A stretch of 64,000 nucleotides of DNA from Leucoraja erinacea. Lineage: Eukaryota. Below, in pieces: positions 13,363 to 24,891 of this stretch; position 1 is the stretch's first letter; each line of letters begins with the position of its first letter. The stretch lies in contig NC_073388.1 in assembly GCF_028641065.1 (NCBI RefSeq), positions 31,806,001-31,870,000 on the forward strand, written 5' to 3'. Both the position numbers and the translations under genes were made by a program. The notes below the pieces were generated by a model that had not been told where the DNA came from, made no database searches, and worked only from the letters and a program-made list of their open reading frames with translations.

Positions 13363-15979
13363 ATCCATCTGGACACTGAGTACAGAAATATGGATATGAT
13401 GTTACAGTTATACAAGACATTGGTGAGGCCAAATTTGGAGAATTGTGTTCAATTTTGGACACCCTGCTCTAGGAAGAATGTCATTAATCTGGAAAGGGCA
13501 CAGAGAAGAGTTACAAGGATGTTGTCAGGACATGTGGGCCTGACATATAAGGAGTGATTGGGCAAGCTAGGTCTTTATTCCTTGGAATGCAGGAGGCTAA
13601 GGGGTGATCTTATAGAGGTGTATAAAATCAAGTGTGAATGCACATACTTTTGCCAAGGATGGAATTCAAGAACCAGAGGACATAGGTTTAAGGTGAGTGG
13701 GGGAAGATTTCATTGGAACCTCGGGGGCAACTTTTTCACTTGCAGTGTGGTAGGTTTATGGAATCAGCTGCCAGAGAAGGCATTTGAGGTGTACAGCATT
13801 TAAAAGACAGTTATACAAGTACTTGGATTAGAAAGGTTTAAAGAGATATGGGCCTAATGTGGGCAAATAGGACTAGCTTAGATGGGGATTTTAATTGGCA
13901 TGAACTAGTTGTGCTGAAGGGCCTGTTCCCATTCTGTACGACTGCATGATTCGAAAGTTACTGAGACACCTAAGAGTTAAAGATGTACAAGGTTGTTGGC
14001 ATTCAGAGATCATAATAGTCCAGATATTTTGTATATATTATATTGTATAATCCTCAGTATTTTCTTGTGATGTCTTATGTTACATTATTTGTGGAACTTT
14101 TAATGATGTTATTTTGTTTATAGCATTTGCGCTTAAAGATTTTCTAGTTTGTGCTGCCCAGTCGGCCTTGACTAGTATTACTTCACTCAGAAGAATTCTG
14201 GCCAACTAAAGATAACTGAGACAGCTACTTATATCTCCTTCAATTAATTTTATTCTTCTCTGTATTGTGTAATTCATAGAAGTTCCTTCATGAAGATTAC
14301 AATGGGGTGTATGGGATTTTGGGTACAGTTAGATAGTGAATAAAATCTCCCATGCAGTGATGACATTTATCTGATCCAAAGGTATTGAAATATTACCACA
14401 ATGTGGGATTACTGCTAACAATAAAGTTAATCTTTTCCTTACATTTAGAAATGCTTGCACTCATGCCAGATGCTGGTCAGAATTTAAGTGTGCTGAAAAG
14501 CCCTATGAGATTTCAGCATTGATTTTTACAGTGGATCTGATGTTTCTTGTGTACTCCATATGATAATATTGTCTCAAGGGTAACTTGTCTCCTGTTTGTC
14601 CTGCTGATTATCAGCCTTGCAAGAATCTCATTATTTTATGTGACTTTTGGCTTCCATCAAAATGTCACGCAGCACAAGGTCAAACCTAACATTCAAGGTG
14701 TAGGCTTGTGTATTTTGTTTTCTTGCATTCGGTTAGCCTTGCTTGGTGATTCAAGTGGGATGTTTGCCTTATATAATTGAAGGGTAGTTCTCTGGAGGGA
14801 GGGGATGGCTGCAGGTATGGTGGGGTTCCTGTTATAAATTAGTAGCATGTTCTAGCACACAAAACTAGTTTTAAAACTGCAGTGGAAAATAAATAAGTGA
14901 TCAATGTTATGCTCCAAAATCAAGAAGAGAACATTAATGGACTGATAAGTAATATTACATGCACTATTCCAAAAATAATTATTAACTCTGAACAATCATG
15001 TGAACTGCAATGATATGCTGTAAGAATTAATGACATTTGTGGAAATAAAGAAAAAACAGATGATGGAAATGTGAAATAAAAGCCAAAAAAAATGCTGGAA
15101 ATACTCAGTAAGTTAGACATCATCTGTGGAAAGAGATAACATTTTGGTTTGAACTGTTAAATAAAGTAAAAGCTTCAAAAGCTGAATCATGAGAAAAAAA
15201 AATAATGTACAATGCATTTAGTTGTTTTTCAATGAGTACATGCAGACTATGAACGTAGCTTTCTATATGGAGCTTACCCATTTCTGAAATTATTTGATAA
15301 TAATATTTTAAAAAGTAGGATCTAAAGAAAGCTAAACAGCTTTTTGAAGATTCTGGTTAATCTACTAACCTACAAATGTTCAATATTATTTGATGTCTAT
15401 TCATGATGAATAGAAAAATATGTGAAATAACTTACCTTCTCAAGCCAAGTCCATAAAAGATACATACATCTCCAGGATCTTAGAACATGACTTCCAAATC
15501 ATGGATGTGATTAATTAAATATTTTCACCCATTAACATAACATTTCTGTCGTTAGATATATTTTTATGCACCTCACACAGTTTAAATATTTTTAGATATG
15601 AAAATAACGGGTTGAATTTAATTTCATGACTGTCCTGTCATGACCAAAATTATATTTATGTTGATGCTGATATTTCTTTGAGAAGGATCAGAAAGATCAA
15701 CAGCATAGTTTTCACCATGCTATTTGTTGATCCTGTGGTTAGTTCTGTCAAGCTGGGCTTTACAAATGAGTTGTTGTTTTGCCAGACAAATACTGATGTT
15801 AAGGCTGAGAATTTTGATAGGTTCAGAAAAGAGGTTAACAATGGCCTTTCAAGTTAACGGCTCTGAGTATGTGCTTTGAGTTTTGTAGCATCAGTTCAGG
15901 ATTGTACTTGCTCTTGACAATGTTGCGAATACAAAATAACTATTACATTTAATTCTGGTATTTTATTTTATTGTTCACA

Positions 15980-16135
15980 TAGATTCATAGAGTGATAGTG
16001 TGGAAACAGGCCCTTCGGCCCAACTTGTCCACACCAACCAACATGTTTAAATTATAATGTTTTATTTTTGATTGTTTATTGTATATTGTGTTGTTACTTG
16101 TGAGCAAAGCATCAAGGCAAATTCCTTGTATTCAA
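15980..16135. mobile_element. Short antisense CR1 3' tail joined to a Rex1-type tail
   Basis: ggaaacaggcccttcggcccaacttgtcc followed by gttacttgtgagcaaagcatcaaggcaaattccttg. Confidence 0.55.
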
Positions 16136-17867
16136 TTCAATTTGTCCACCACATCAACAATATTGTTTTTAACCTTTGAGTGTTTCATTAAATGTATTGT
16201 GTGTAAGGTGCAGAAAATACCCCTTGAATTATGATATTTTGTAATCGAGCCATTATGTGACAAACACCCATCAGTCTTATATTAGGTTAAGTCTCCGATT
16301 TATCTCCAGTCTGAATGAATGTTTTGAGAGTAATTTGTGCTGATATTGATATTGTAAAAAATAAGTAATATAATTTACAAGCTATTTGTTTCTGAATTGC
16401 TATGCAAAAAATCCCATTGTACATTTTTTTTCATATTTCAATTTAATAAAAATCAAAGGGGGCAGATTCTGCAACGCGCTACTGTATTTGCCGAGTTAGA
16501 ATGTGGGCAGAATACAAGAGTCTGTAAATGATCACTAAACGAAGGACCACCAAAAACATGCTTGTCAATCCATAAGACCTCATTGTTGAGAATCCATGTC
16601 CATAGTTGGAAAATAATGGTGTTGGGTAATGAGGTTGGTCTGTAGCAAAATTGCAAGTGGTAGGAGGCAAATGAAAAAGGTGGTATTGTGTTCAAGGCAG
16701 AGAGTACTAAAAATATTTACTACAAGGCATGGTATAAATGTCATATCTTCTGAGATAGTGTTTCCAATTTTGGGTAAATAAGCATAAACCACCCCACTCG
16801 TTGATTTTCAACTCACGTGAAACCTTAAACATAAGTCTGTGCAATAGATGTTTACTCGGGTAAATATTTTCATGGCCAAATCATCTTTACAATTATATTA
16901 TTTCTCTATGCACTAATTTATCTAACTAATATAACACAAAAACATTTAATCATTTCTGAACTGCATTATTTGATTGTTATAAACAAAAATAGGCACATAG
17001 TAATATTCGCTTAAGATGCACTGCAAAAACATTCTATTTTTTGTACAATTTTGTGACAGCATTCTTGACAATTTGGGGCTACCTTATTGATCCGTGTCTT
17101 GTTGAATCCTTAAGGATGGTATGGGTGGAATATTATTTTGCAGCTATATGCTATGATGAATCCCAGAAGGAATATCATCTGCTCCTATATAGTGCAGTAA
17201 TATAGGTTGAGGCAATAGTTTCTGCAATGTTACCATTTAATCGTAAATCTATCTGTTAAAAATCTTAGCTGAGTTTTTCAATTACATTCTGATTTTTATG
17301 GATTATACAAAGACCATTATAGTTTTGTTACATGGCCTGTGCTGTAAATCATTTACAAAGCATCCCTAACACAATACAACATATATCGTCTCAGTGAATA
17401 GGTTAGCAACAAAAAAATGTACATACAATTATCCTCTTGTGGTAAGAAAAAAAACATGCCTTAAAACAATATTTTTTATTGTTTTCACCCTGTCTGTTCA
17501 GTTCACCTTGGTATCTACACACTGCACTATATGTCAATATCAAGTTTAAACATATAGGAAGAGAGTTTTACACTTGGGAGTCATGGGCATTAACACAAGC
17601 ATTGGATTAAAGAGCAGTGAAGTAGCTAGTATGGCATGATTTTCTAATCTCATTGGTGCAAAAGCACAAATAGGAATTTAGGTTTTGACATAACTTGTAT
17701 CATGAATGCCAGGCAGCAATAATCCTCAACGCTAGATTGACATGGCAGTTTTACTTCATTCTTAACAAACCTCAGTGTCGATATCCATGAGAATTATAAT
17801 ACAACACAATAACTAGACGCATCTGCAGAGTATAAACAAAAAAGAACCAGTGAAGAAAGCATAAAGG

Positions 17868-18980
17868 CTTGGATCCCACCACTAATCACATCTTCCCATC
17901 TCCACCCCATTTCGCCTCCCTCCATGGCTCCTTGGTCCCTCATCCCTTCTTACCCAAACCACAGCATCCCCAGGTACTTTCACCTGCAACCGCAGGAGAT
18001 GCAACACCTGTCCTTGTACCTCCACCCTTGACTCCATTCAGGGACCCTGACCGTCCTTTCAGGTGAAACAAAGGTTCACATGTACCTCCTCTAACCACAT
18101 CCTCTGTATCCAATGTTCCTGTTGTGGGCTCCTGTACATTGGCAAGAACAAACGTAGACTCGGTGACTGGCTCACTGAATACTTAAGGGCCTGTCCCACT
18201 TACATGTCCTTCGCACGCAAATTACGTGACCTGGTGGTCGCGTTGAGCCGGGATGGTCCCGCAAAGGTCTGGCGTGATTACATGCGTACGCACAGCTGTC
18301 TGGAGCGCGTGACGTCATTTGAAGATGGACACAAAGCTGGAGTAACTCAGCGGGACCAGCAGCATCTCTGGAGAGAAGCAATTGGTGATGTTTCGTGTCG
18401 AGACTCTTCTTCAGTCTGAAAAGAAGGGTCTTGACCTGAAATGTCACCCATTGCTTCTCTCCAGAGATGCTGCCAGTCCCGCTGAGTTACTCCTGCATTT
18501 TGTGTCTATCTCCAATTTTCTTGGCCCCGCTCTGGGAGTAGAAGTGGGGGCGGATCCGGACCACAACAGCCGTGAGCCCCAGGCCGAGCTCGGCGATTGT
18601 TTGCCTGCTTCTGCTGCTGTTGAAGGTGAGACGTTGTGTTATGCCAGGGTCTTCGGCCCGTCCCACTTTGGACGTCAGTTCCACGACAAGCCATTGGTGT
18701 GCGAAGATTTTGTTCACTACAAAGATTTTGGAGCCCCACGCGATGTCGTGCACAACTACATACCGCTCCGCGTTTCTAAATGGGACCGGCCACGTGCGAC
18801 CATACGATGCCCGTGCGCCTCAACACAACACCAAGGTCGCGTAATTTCCGTGCCAAGGACACGTAAGTGGGACAGGCCCTTTATGCTCAGTCTGCCAACG
18901 CCTATGGGAGCTCTCAGTTGCCCACGATTTTAACTACTCTTCCCATTCCCACACTGACCTTTCTGTCCTGGACCTTCTCT
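17868..18980 (+). mobile_element. Penelope-like element fragment (GIY-YIG endonuclease region), interrupted by a MITE
   Basis: KQRFTCTSSNHILCIQCSCCGLLYIGKNKRRLGD; homologous to 33590-34080; sequence continues after 18883. Confidence 0.85.
18186..18880. mobile_element. Non-autonomous PIF/Harbinger-like DNA transposon (MITE)
   Basis: TIRs agggcctgtcccacttacatgtcctt / aaggacacgtaagtgggacaggccct (25/26 match, imperfect extension inward); TTA TSD at 18183-18185 and 18881-18883. Confidence 0.85.
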
Positions 18981-18984
18981 ATCG

Positions 18985-19172
18985 GGGTGGTGCAGGTAGG
19001 TTTTCTGGATGCTTTCAAGAGAGAGCTAGATAGAGCTCTTAAAAATAGCCGAGTCAGGGGATAGGGGGAGAAGGCAGGAACAGGGTACTGATTAGGGATG
19101 ATCAGCCATGATCACATTGAATGACGGTGCTGGCTCGATGGGCCAAATGGCCTACTCCTGCACCTACTGTTA
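18985..19172 (+). mobile_element. CR1 3' terminus
   Basis: FKRELDRALKN and 3' UTR gatcagccatgatcacattgaatg..ggcctactcctgcacc, near-identical to 35380-35545. Confidence 0.85.
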
Positions 19173-19903
19173 TCTGTGATTGGGCGATAGGGTTGCCGCC
19201 CACTATACTTTCCCGCTGTTGGTTTCCCGCCACTGTATATCTGTATAAATGGGTGATCGGTTCGTTGGCGCGTGTCATCTTTCTTTTCTGTTCTGTCTGC
19301 GCGAGGCTGCTGAGGGCTTGAGTGAGTGGATCAGGAATTGGCCTTGCAATGAATCAATGGTTTAGACTACTGTACTCGAATCATTGATTTAATAATCCTG
19401 GGCTTATGTTATTTGTCCTACGCAACATATGGTGTATGTTATCACGGTCTTTAACAAGGTTAAGCGTCACTTTTTTAGCTTTTTTATGGTCAACCATCGC
19501 TCTTTATTAATTTCCAGTAGCCGATACAATTGTTTTTACCGTCGGGTTGATTCCCCCCCTTCCTTCTTTCTTTTCCCTTTTCCCCTCTCTCTCCTTTTTC
19601 CCTTCCCTTTTCCCCTCTTTCTTTTTTGTTTTCTTTCCCCTTCCTCCCTTTTTCCTCCCTTCACTTCTTCCTTTTTTTTCTCGTCTCCTCTTTTCTCCAC
19701 TAGACGTCTCCCCACTCCTCCCTCGACTTCTCCTCGACTTCGACCTTATCCTCCTCTCTCTTTTACCTACTCTGTTTTTTTATCCTCCTTTCCTTCGCAG
19801 TTTATCTCTCCAATTCTTCCTAGGTATTTGTCTCCCCGGTCTGTTCTTTCGTGGAATCTGTTTCCTTTTTTTAGGTCTTTATCTTACAATTTCTTTCTTT
19901 TCT

Positions 19904-20003
19904 NNNNNNNNNNNNNNNNNNNNNNNNNNNNNNNNNNNNNNNNNNNNNNNNNNNNNNNNNNNNNNNNNNNNNNNNNNNNNNNNNNNNNNNNNNNNNNNNN
20001 NNN
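19904..20003. other. Assembly gap (100 N)
   Basis: Run of N, preceded by ~700 bp of low-complexity, poor-looking sequence. Confidence 0.99.
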
Positions 20004-22830
20004 TCATCTTTTATAATTGACCAGCCTCTTCCCCACCACCAATGTCAGGCTAACTGGTCTATAATTCCCTGTTTTCTCTCTCCCGCCTTTCTTAAAAAGT
20101 GGGATAACATTAGCTACCCTCCAATCCACAGGAACTGATCCTGAGACTATAGAACATTGGAAAATTATCACCAATGCATCCACTATTTCTAGAGCCACTT
20201 CCTTAAGTACCCTGGTAGGCAGACCATCAGGCCCTGGGGATTTAGAAGCCTTCAGTCCCATCAGTCTACCCAACACCATTTCCTGCCTAATGTGGATTTC
20301 CCTCAGTTCCTCCGTCATTCCAGATCCTCTGGCCACCAGTACATCAGTAAGATTGTCAGTGTCCACCTTAGTGAAGATGGATCCAAAGTGCCTGTTCAAC
20401 TCATCTGCCATTTCCTTGTTCCCCATAATAAATTCACTTTTTTTCAGCCTTCAAGGGTCCAGCTTTGGTCTTTACTAATTTTTTCCTCTTCACATACCTA
20501 AAGAAGCTTTTACTATCCTCCTTTATATTCTTGGCTAGCTTATTCGTATCTCATCTTTTCTCCCCATATTGTCTTTTTAGTTATCTTCTGTTGCTCTTTA
20601 AACATTACACAATCCTCTTGCTTCCCACTCATCTTTGCTATGTTGTATTTCTTCTCTTTTATTTTTATACTGTTCCTGACGTCCCTTGTCAGCCATGGTC
20701 GCCTCTTACTCCCCTTGGAATATTTCTTCCTCCTAGGAATGAACTGATCCTGCACCTTCTGTATTATTCCTAAAAATTCCTGCCATTGTTGTTCCACTGT
20801 CATCTCTGCTAATGTATCTTTCCAGTCAACTTTGGCCAGTTCTTCCCTCATGGCCCCATAGTCCCCTTTATTCAACTGTAACACTGACACCACCGATCTA
20901 CCCTTCTCCCTCTCCAATTGTAGATGAAACCTGACCATATTATGGTCACTACCTCCTAATGGCTCATTAGCCTGAAATTCCTTTATCAAATCCGATTCAT
21001 TACATAACACTAAATCCAGAATTGCCATCTCCCTGGTAGGCTCCAATACAAGCAGCTCTAAGAATCCATCACGAAGGCACTATACAAAGTCCCTTTCTTG
21101 GGCTCCAGTACCAACCTGATTTTCCCATTCTACCTGCATATTGAAATCTCCCATAACAACCACAGCATTACCTTCGCTACATGCCGATTTTACCTCCTGA
21201 TTCAATTTGCACCCTATGTCCAGGCTACTGTTTGGGGGCCTGTAGATAAGTCCCATTAGGGTCTATTTACCCTTACAATTCCTCAGCTCTATCCATACTG
21301 ACTCCACATCTCCAGTTTCAGTCACCCCTTGCAAGGGACTGAATTTCATTCCTCCCCAACAGAGCTACCCCACCCCCTCTGCCCACCTGTCTGTCTTTTC
21401 GATAGGAGGTATACCCTTGGATATTCGGTTCCTAGCCCTGGCCCTCTTGTAGCCATGTCTCTGTAATTCCCACAACATCATACTTGTCAATTTCTAACTG
21501 AGCCTCAAGCTCGTCCACTTTATTCCTTATAATTCGCGCATTCATATACAGTACTTTGACCTCCGTATTCACTTCCCCCCTTGCACCACTCGCAATTGGC
21601 CTGACTTTACTCTTTTATCCCTTCTCGAACTTTCCTTCCCATTAATTTGAGAATCTTTTGTAATTTTTACTGTACTCCTGTACTCACTTCCTCTTCAACT
21701 CCATCTTTATACTCCCAATTTGTCAATCCCTTCCCCCCCCTCTCCCTCCCCCCCCCCCTCCCCCCCCTCCCCCCCCCCTCCCCCACTATTTAGTTTTAAA
21801 AACCCACACGTGTAGCCCTAGCAAACCTGCCTGCCACAATGTCAGTCCCCTCCAGTTAAGGTGTAACCCGTCCTCTTTGTACAGGTCACCCCTACCCAGA
21901 AGAGATCCCAGTGGTCTATAAATCTAAATCCTTGCTCCCTGCATCAGCCCCTCAGCCACACATCCAGATCCCCTATCGCCCTGTTCATGTCCTTACTAGC
22001 ATGAGGTACTGGAAGCAATCCAGAGATAACCACCCTAGAAATCCTGCTTTTCAGTCTTCTTCCTGACTCTCTGAACTCCTTCCTCTTCATCCTGATGTCA
22101 TTTGTGCCTACGTGCACAACTACTGCCGGCTGTTCACCTTCTCTCTCGAGGATGTTCTGAATTCGCTCGTGACATCCTGAACCCTGGCACCAGGGAGGCA
22201 ACAGACCATCCTTGTGTCTCGTCTGCTGCCACAGAATCTCCTGTCTGCTCCTAGGACAATGGAGTCACCCACCACTATGGCTCTGCCCGACACCGGTCGA
22301 GTCCCATCTCTAGGATTGGAGCCACCGACATGTCCGCCGCTCAGACTGGAAGCATCGTCTCCCCAACAGTTCCCAAGAGGGCGTACCTGTTTTCATTAGG
22401 CACAGCCTCCTGGGTCTCCTGCACTCCACAGTTACCACTCTTTCTCTCAGTCACACACCTTCATTCTTCCCGTAACCTCACTGTAGGTCCTGTCCAGGAA
22501 ACTCATTTTCCCAGATGGCCTGAGGTCATCCAGCTGCTTCTCCAGTGCCTCAACACAGTCCTTCAGGAGCTGAAGCTGGACGCACTTGCCACAGTTGTAG
22601 CAGCCAGAGGCTCCATCTGTGTCCCTGGGCACCCACATTCTGCAAGCATCACACTGTCTCATCTGTCCTGTCATGTGTTCACCACGTCCCGTCCGCTCCA
22701 GCTTTTTGCGTAGCCTCCTCTCTGAAGACTCTTGAAACAAAGACTCACAAGGGCGCTCCCCTAGAAATTTACCAATTTACAAACCAAATTCGTCAGTTTT
22801 AAACTGTTTTTACCCTGTGACTTACTCATC
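20004..22830 (-). mobile_element. CR1 LINE 5' portion: ORF1 (zinc finger/coiled coil + esterase) and ORF2 endonuclease, disrupted, cut by the gap
   Basis: ORF1 RQCDACRMW..CGKCVQLQLL and esterase motif VVVHVGTNDI; ORF2 EPTREMAILDLVL..LGGSDH, KSPGPDG, GNYRPVSLT. Confidence 0.9.
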
Positions 22831-22864
22831 TTTCCCACGGGAAACACACCACTCTCACCACATG

Positions 22865-22966
22865 TTGCCTATTTCCTTCGCTCCATAGATGCTGCTGCAC
22901 CCGCTGAGTTTCTCCAGCTTTTTTGTGTAACCTTCGATTCTCCAGCATCTGCAGTTCCCTCTTAAA
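22865..22966 (+). mobile_element. ~100-bp Penelope terminal-repeat (pLTR-like) insertion with 15-bp TSD
   Basis: Flanked by cactctcaccacatg (22850-22864, 22967-22981); first ~65 nt are the reverse complement of 28277-28342. Confidence 0.7.
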
Positions 22967-23606
22967 CACTCTCACCACATGATTTTTTTTTTTTCCAATG
23001 CCACTGTGCATTACAAATAGTGAATTTGTAAGTTTGCTTCCTTACATAATTCAAATCCTTTTGCTGAGAAATTGAACTGGACATTTCTAAGCAAGATTCA
23101 TCCTAGCACGATTGACATTTATTCAGTATCATTTGTGAACATTATATTGTCGGCATGCACAAGAGGTTGGACTAATAATATGCAGCCCACAATTTAGTAC
23201 TATTCTTTTTATTTCATGAGTAATTTGATTGGGTATTAGAGCTAAGTACAACACTCAAAGCAAGATAAATCCAATTGGTATGCATCAGCCTCTCCCACTA
23301 TTCGAATGATGATTTATTTTTAGCTTGATTTCATCTATCTGGCAGCTTGTAGTAACTGTGCATGACAAAAATCTATACATTTTAATAGTAAGATTAAACG
23401 AGTACTTACCAGTGCGAAGTTTGATCTGTATTTTATGAGGAGTTACGATGAGGGATTACGTGAAGAACCCACCCAGCGCGCAGGCGCGGCATACTTCCAA
23501 GCAGCGGTGTGGAATCACAGATAGACACAAGTTGAAGTAAAGATAGTAAAGACCAATGAGACATCAGTCCGAGTTTGATCTATACAATGAGGGTGGGAGC
23601 GGAGGG

Positions 23607-23719
23607 CACGTAATCCCTCATCGTAACTCCTCATAAAATACAGATCAAACTTCGCACTGGTAAGTACTCGTTTAATCTTACTATTTTACTTCGGAGTCAC
23701 GTGAGTGACTACGTGAAGA
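23607..23719. repeat. DIRS internal complementary region (ICR)
   Basis: 23607-23685 = reverse complement of 23384-23462 (79/79); 23683-23719 = reverse complement of 28148-28184 (37/37). Confidence 0.97.
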
Positions 23720-23880
23720 CTTCAAAGGTCTGTGATTTCAAACCGTGTAACAGTTATATCACTCACTGCCGAAAGATCATCGAGGGAGGAAGTGGTATCT
23801 AAAGACCAACAAGTTTGTTTAGTTTTAAAAAACAAATGTTTATTAACTACAACAAAAAATAGCTCCCCTGGGCTTTTAAA

Positions 23881-24891
23881 TTATAACTTTGCGGTTTCTA
23901 AAATTCTTTCCGCAAAGACGTCCTTTTCCATCAGCGGTTTCCTGTAGAATTTTTGGAATGTCGATTCCCTTGACCATCCCGCTGCTCTGAGGATGTGGTC
24001 TAGGGGAACCTGCATCCTATCCGCCGCTGAGGTGGACGCTGCCCTGGTTGAATGGGATTTAAAAACATCTGTGTTAATCCCTGCCATGTTAAGGACCTGT
24101 TTCAACCATCTGGATATTGTCTGGCTGGTAACCCGTCCAAAAGGCTTTTTGTGGCTGACCCATAAGGCTTTTTCTCTCCCTCTAAGAGTTTGGGTAGTGT
24201 CTAAATAATGATGAAGGTGGGTCACCACACACAGCCTAGGTTCTGGAGGGTATGCCCGGAAGATCAACGGGGAGTTGGATGTACCTGGTCTGCTCTGTTT
24301 TACCAACCCCGGCATGGTGAAAGTAATGGTATCTGGGGTGGTCACCATGTGGTTCAGATTTAACTGATGCAGCGACTGAACCCTCTGAGCTGAGACAAGC
24401 GCCATGAGCATGAGGGTCTTATAAGTGGACTGTTCCAGGCTCAGGGATCCCACCGGAGGCCAACCTCGAAGGTGTGTCAATACTACACTCACATCCCACA
24501 TATGGGTGTATCTAGGTGTAGGGGGTTTGGTGTTATAGATCCCTTTAAGGAGTTTGATAACCAGAGGGTGGGATCCCACACTATGCTGTCCTATGGGCAT
24601 AAGGTATGCGGACAGGGCGCTCCGAGCTGTATTGATGGCACTATAGCTCATCTTAAGGTCATGGTGCAGGTGGGCCAGGAACTCCAGCACATCCGAGATC
24701 GAAGCCGTCTTGTAGGATGTCCCTGCTTCCAGACAGTACTGTTCCCATTTCCTGATGTAGGTCAGGTACTGTTTTTTGGTGGAAACTCGCAGGGATGCCG
24801 ACATGGTGGCGATTGTTCTCTCTGATAACCCCAATCCCCGGTAAGGTCTGTTCAGAATCTGGAAACCAGGAGGTTCAATTTTTGGTGGCAT
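23881..24891 (-). CDS. DIRS tyrosine recombinase (lambda integrase family)
   Basis: 336-aa ORF; N-terminal core-binding region (YSAINTARSALS), catalytic R (SAQRV), K (LVKQ), HSTR, AGW, Y (FQKFYR). Confidence 0.93.
   Translation of the reverse strand: MPPKIEPPGFQILNRPYRGLGLSERTIATMSASLRVSTKKQYLTYIRKWEQYCLEAGTSYKTASISDVLEFLAHLHHDLKMSYSAINTARSALSAYLMPIGQHSVGSHPLVIKLLKGIYNTKPPTPRYTHMWDVSVVLTHLRGWPPVGSLSLEQSTYKTLMLMALVSAQRVQSLHQLNLNHMVTTPDTITFTMPGLVKQSRPGTSNSPLIFRAYPPEPRLCVVTHLHHYLDTTQTLRGREKALWVSHKKPFGRVTSQTISRWLKQVLNMAGINTDVFKSHSTRAASTSAADRMQVPLDHILRAAGWSRESTFQKFYRKPLMEKDVFAERILETAKL

Larger units (their letters stand above)
10785..13955 (+). mobile_element. Mosaic of degraded CR1 ORF2 and 3' fragments
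   Basis: GNYRPVSLT, GSLLSPLLFVVYINNLD, LYKTLVRPNLENCVQFW, RLRGDLIEVYKI..TRGHRFK; several breakpoints, including a short antisense piece near 11770-11915. Confidence 0.8.

Noticed and set aside
15656-15860. Short frames open on both strands
   Set aside because: No motifs or splice support.
19429-20020. F/P/S/L-rich ORFs
   Set aside because: Pyrimidine-rich low-quality sequence running into the N gap.
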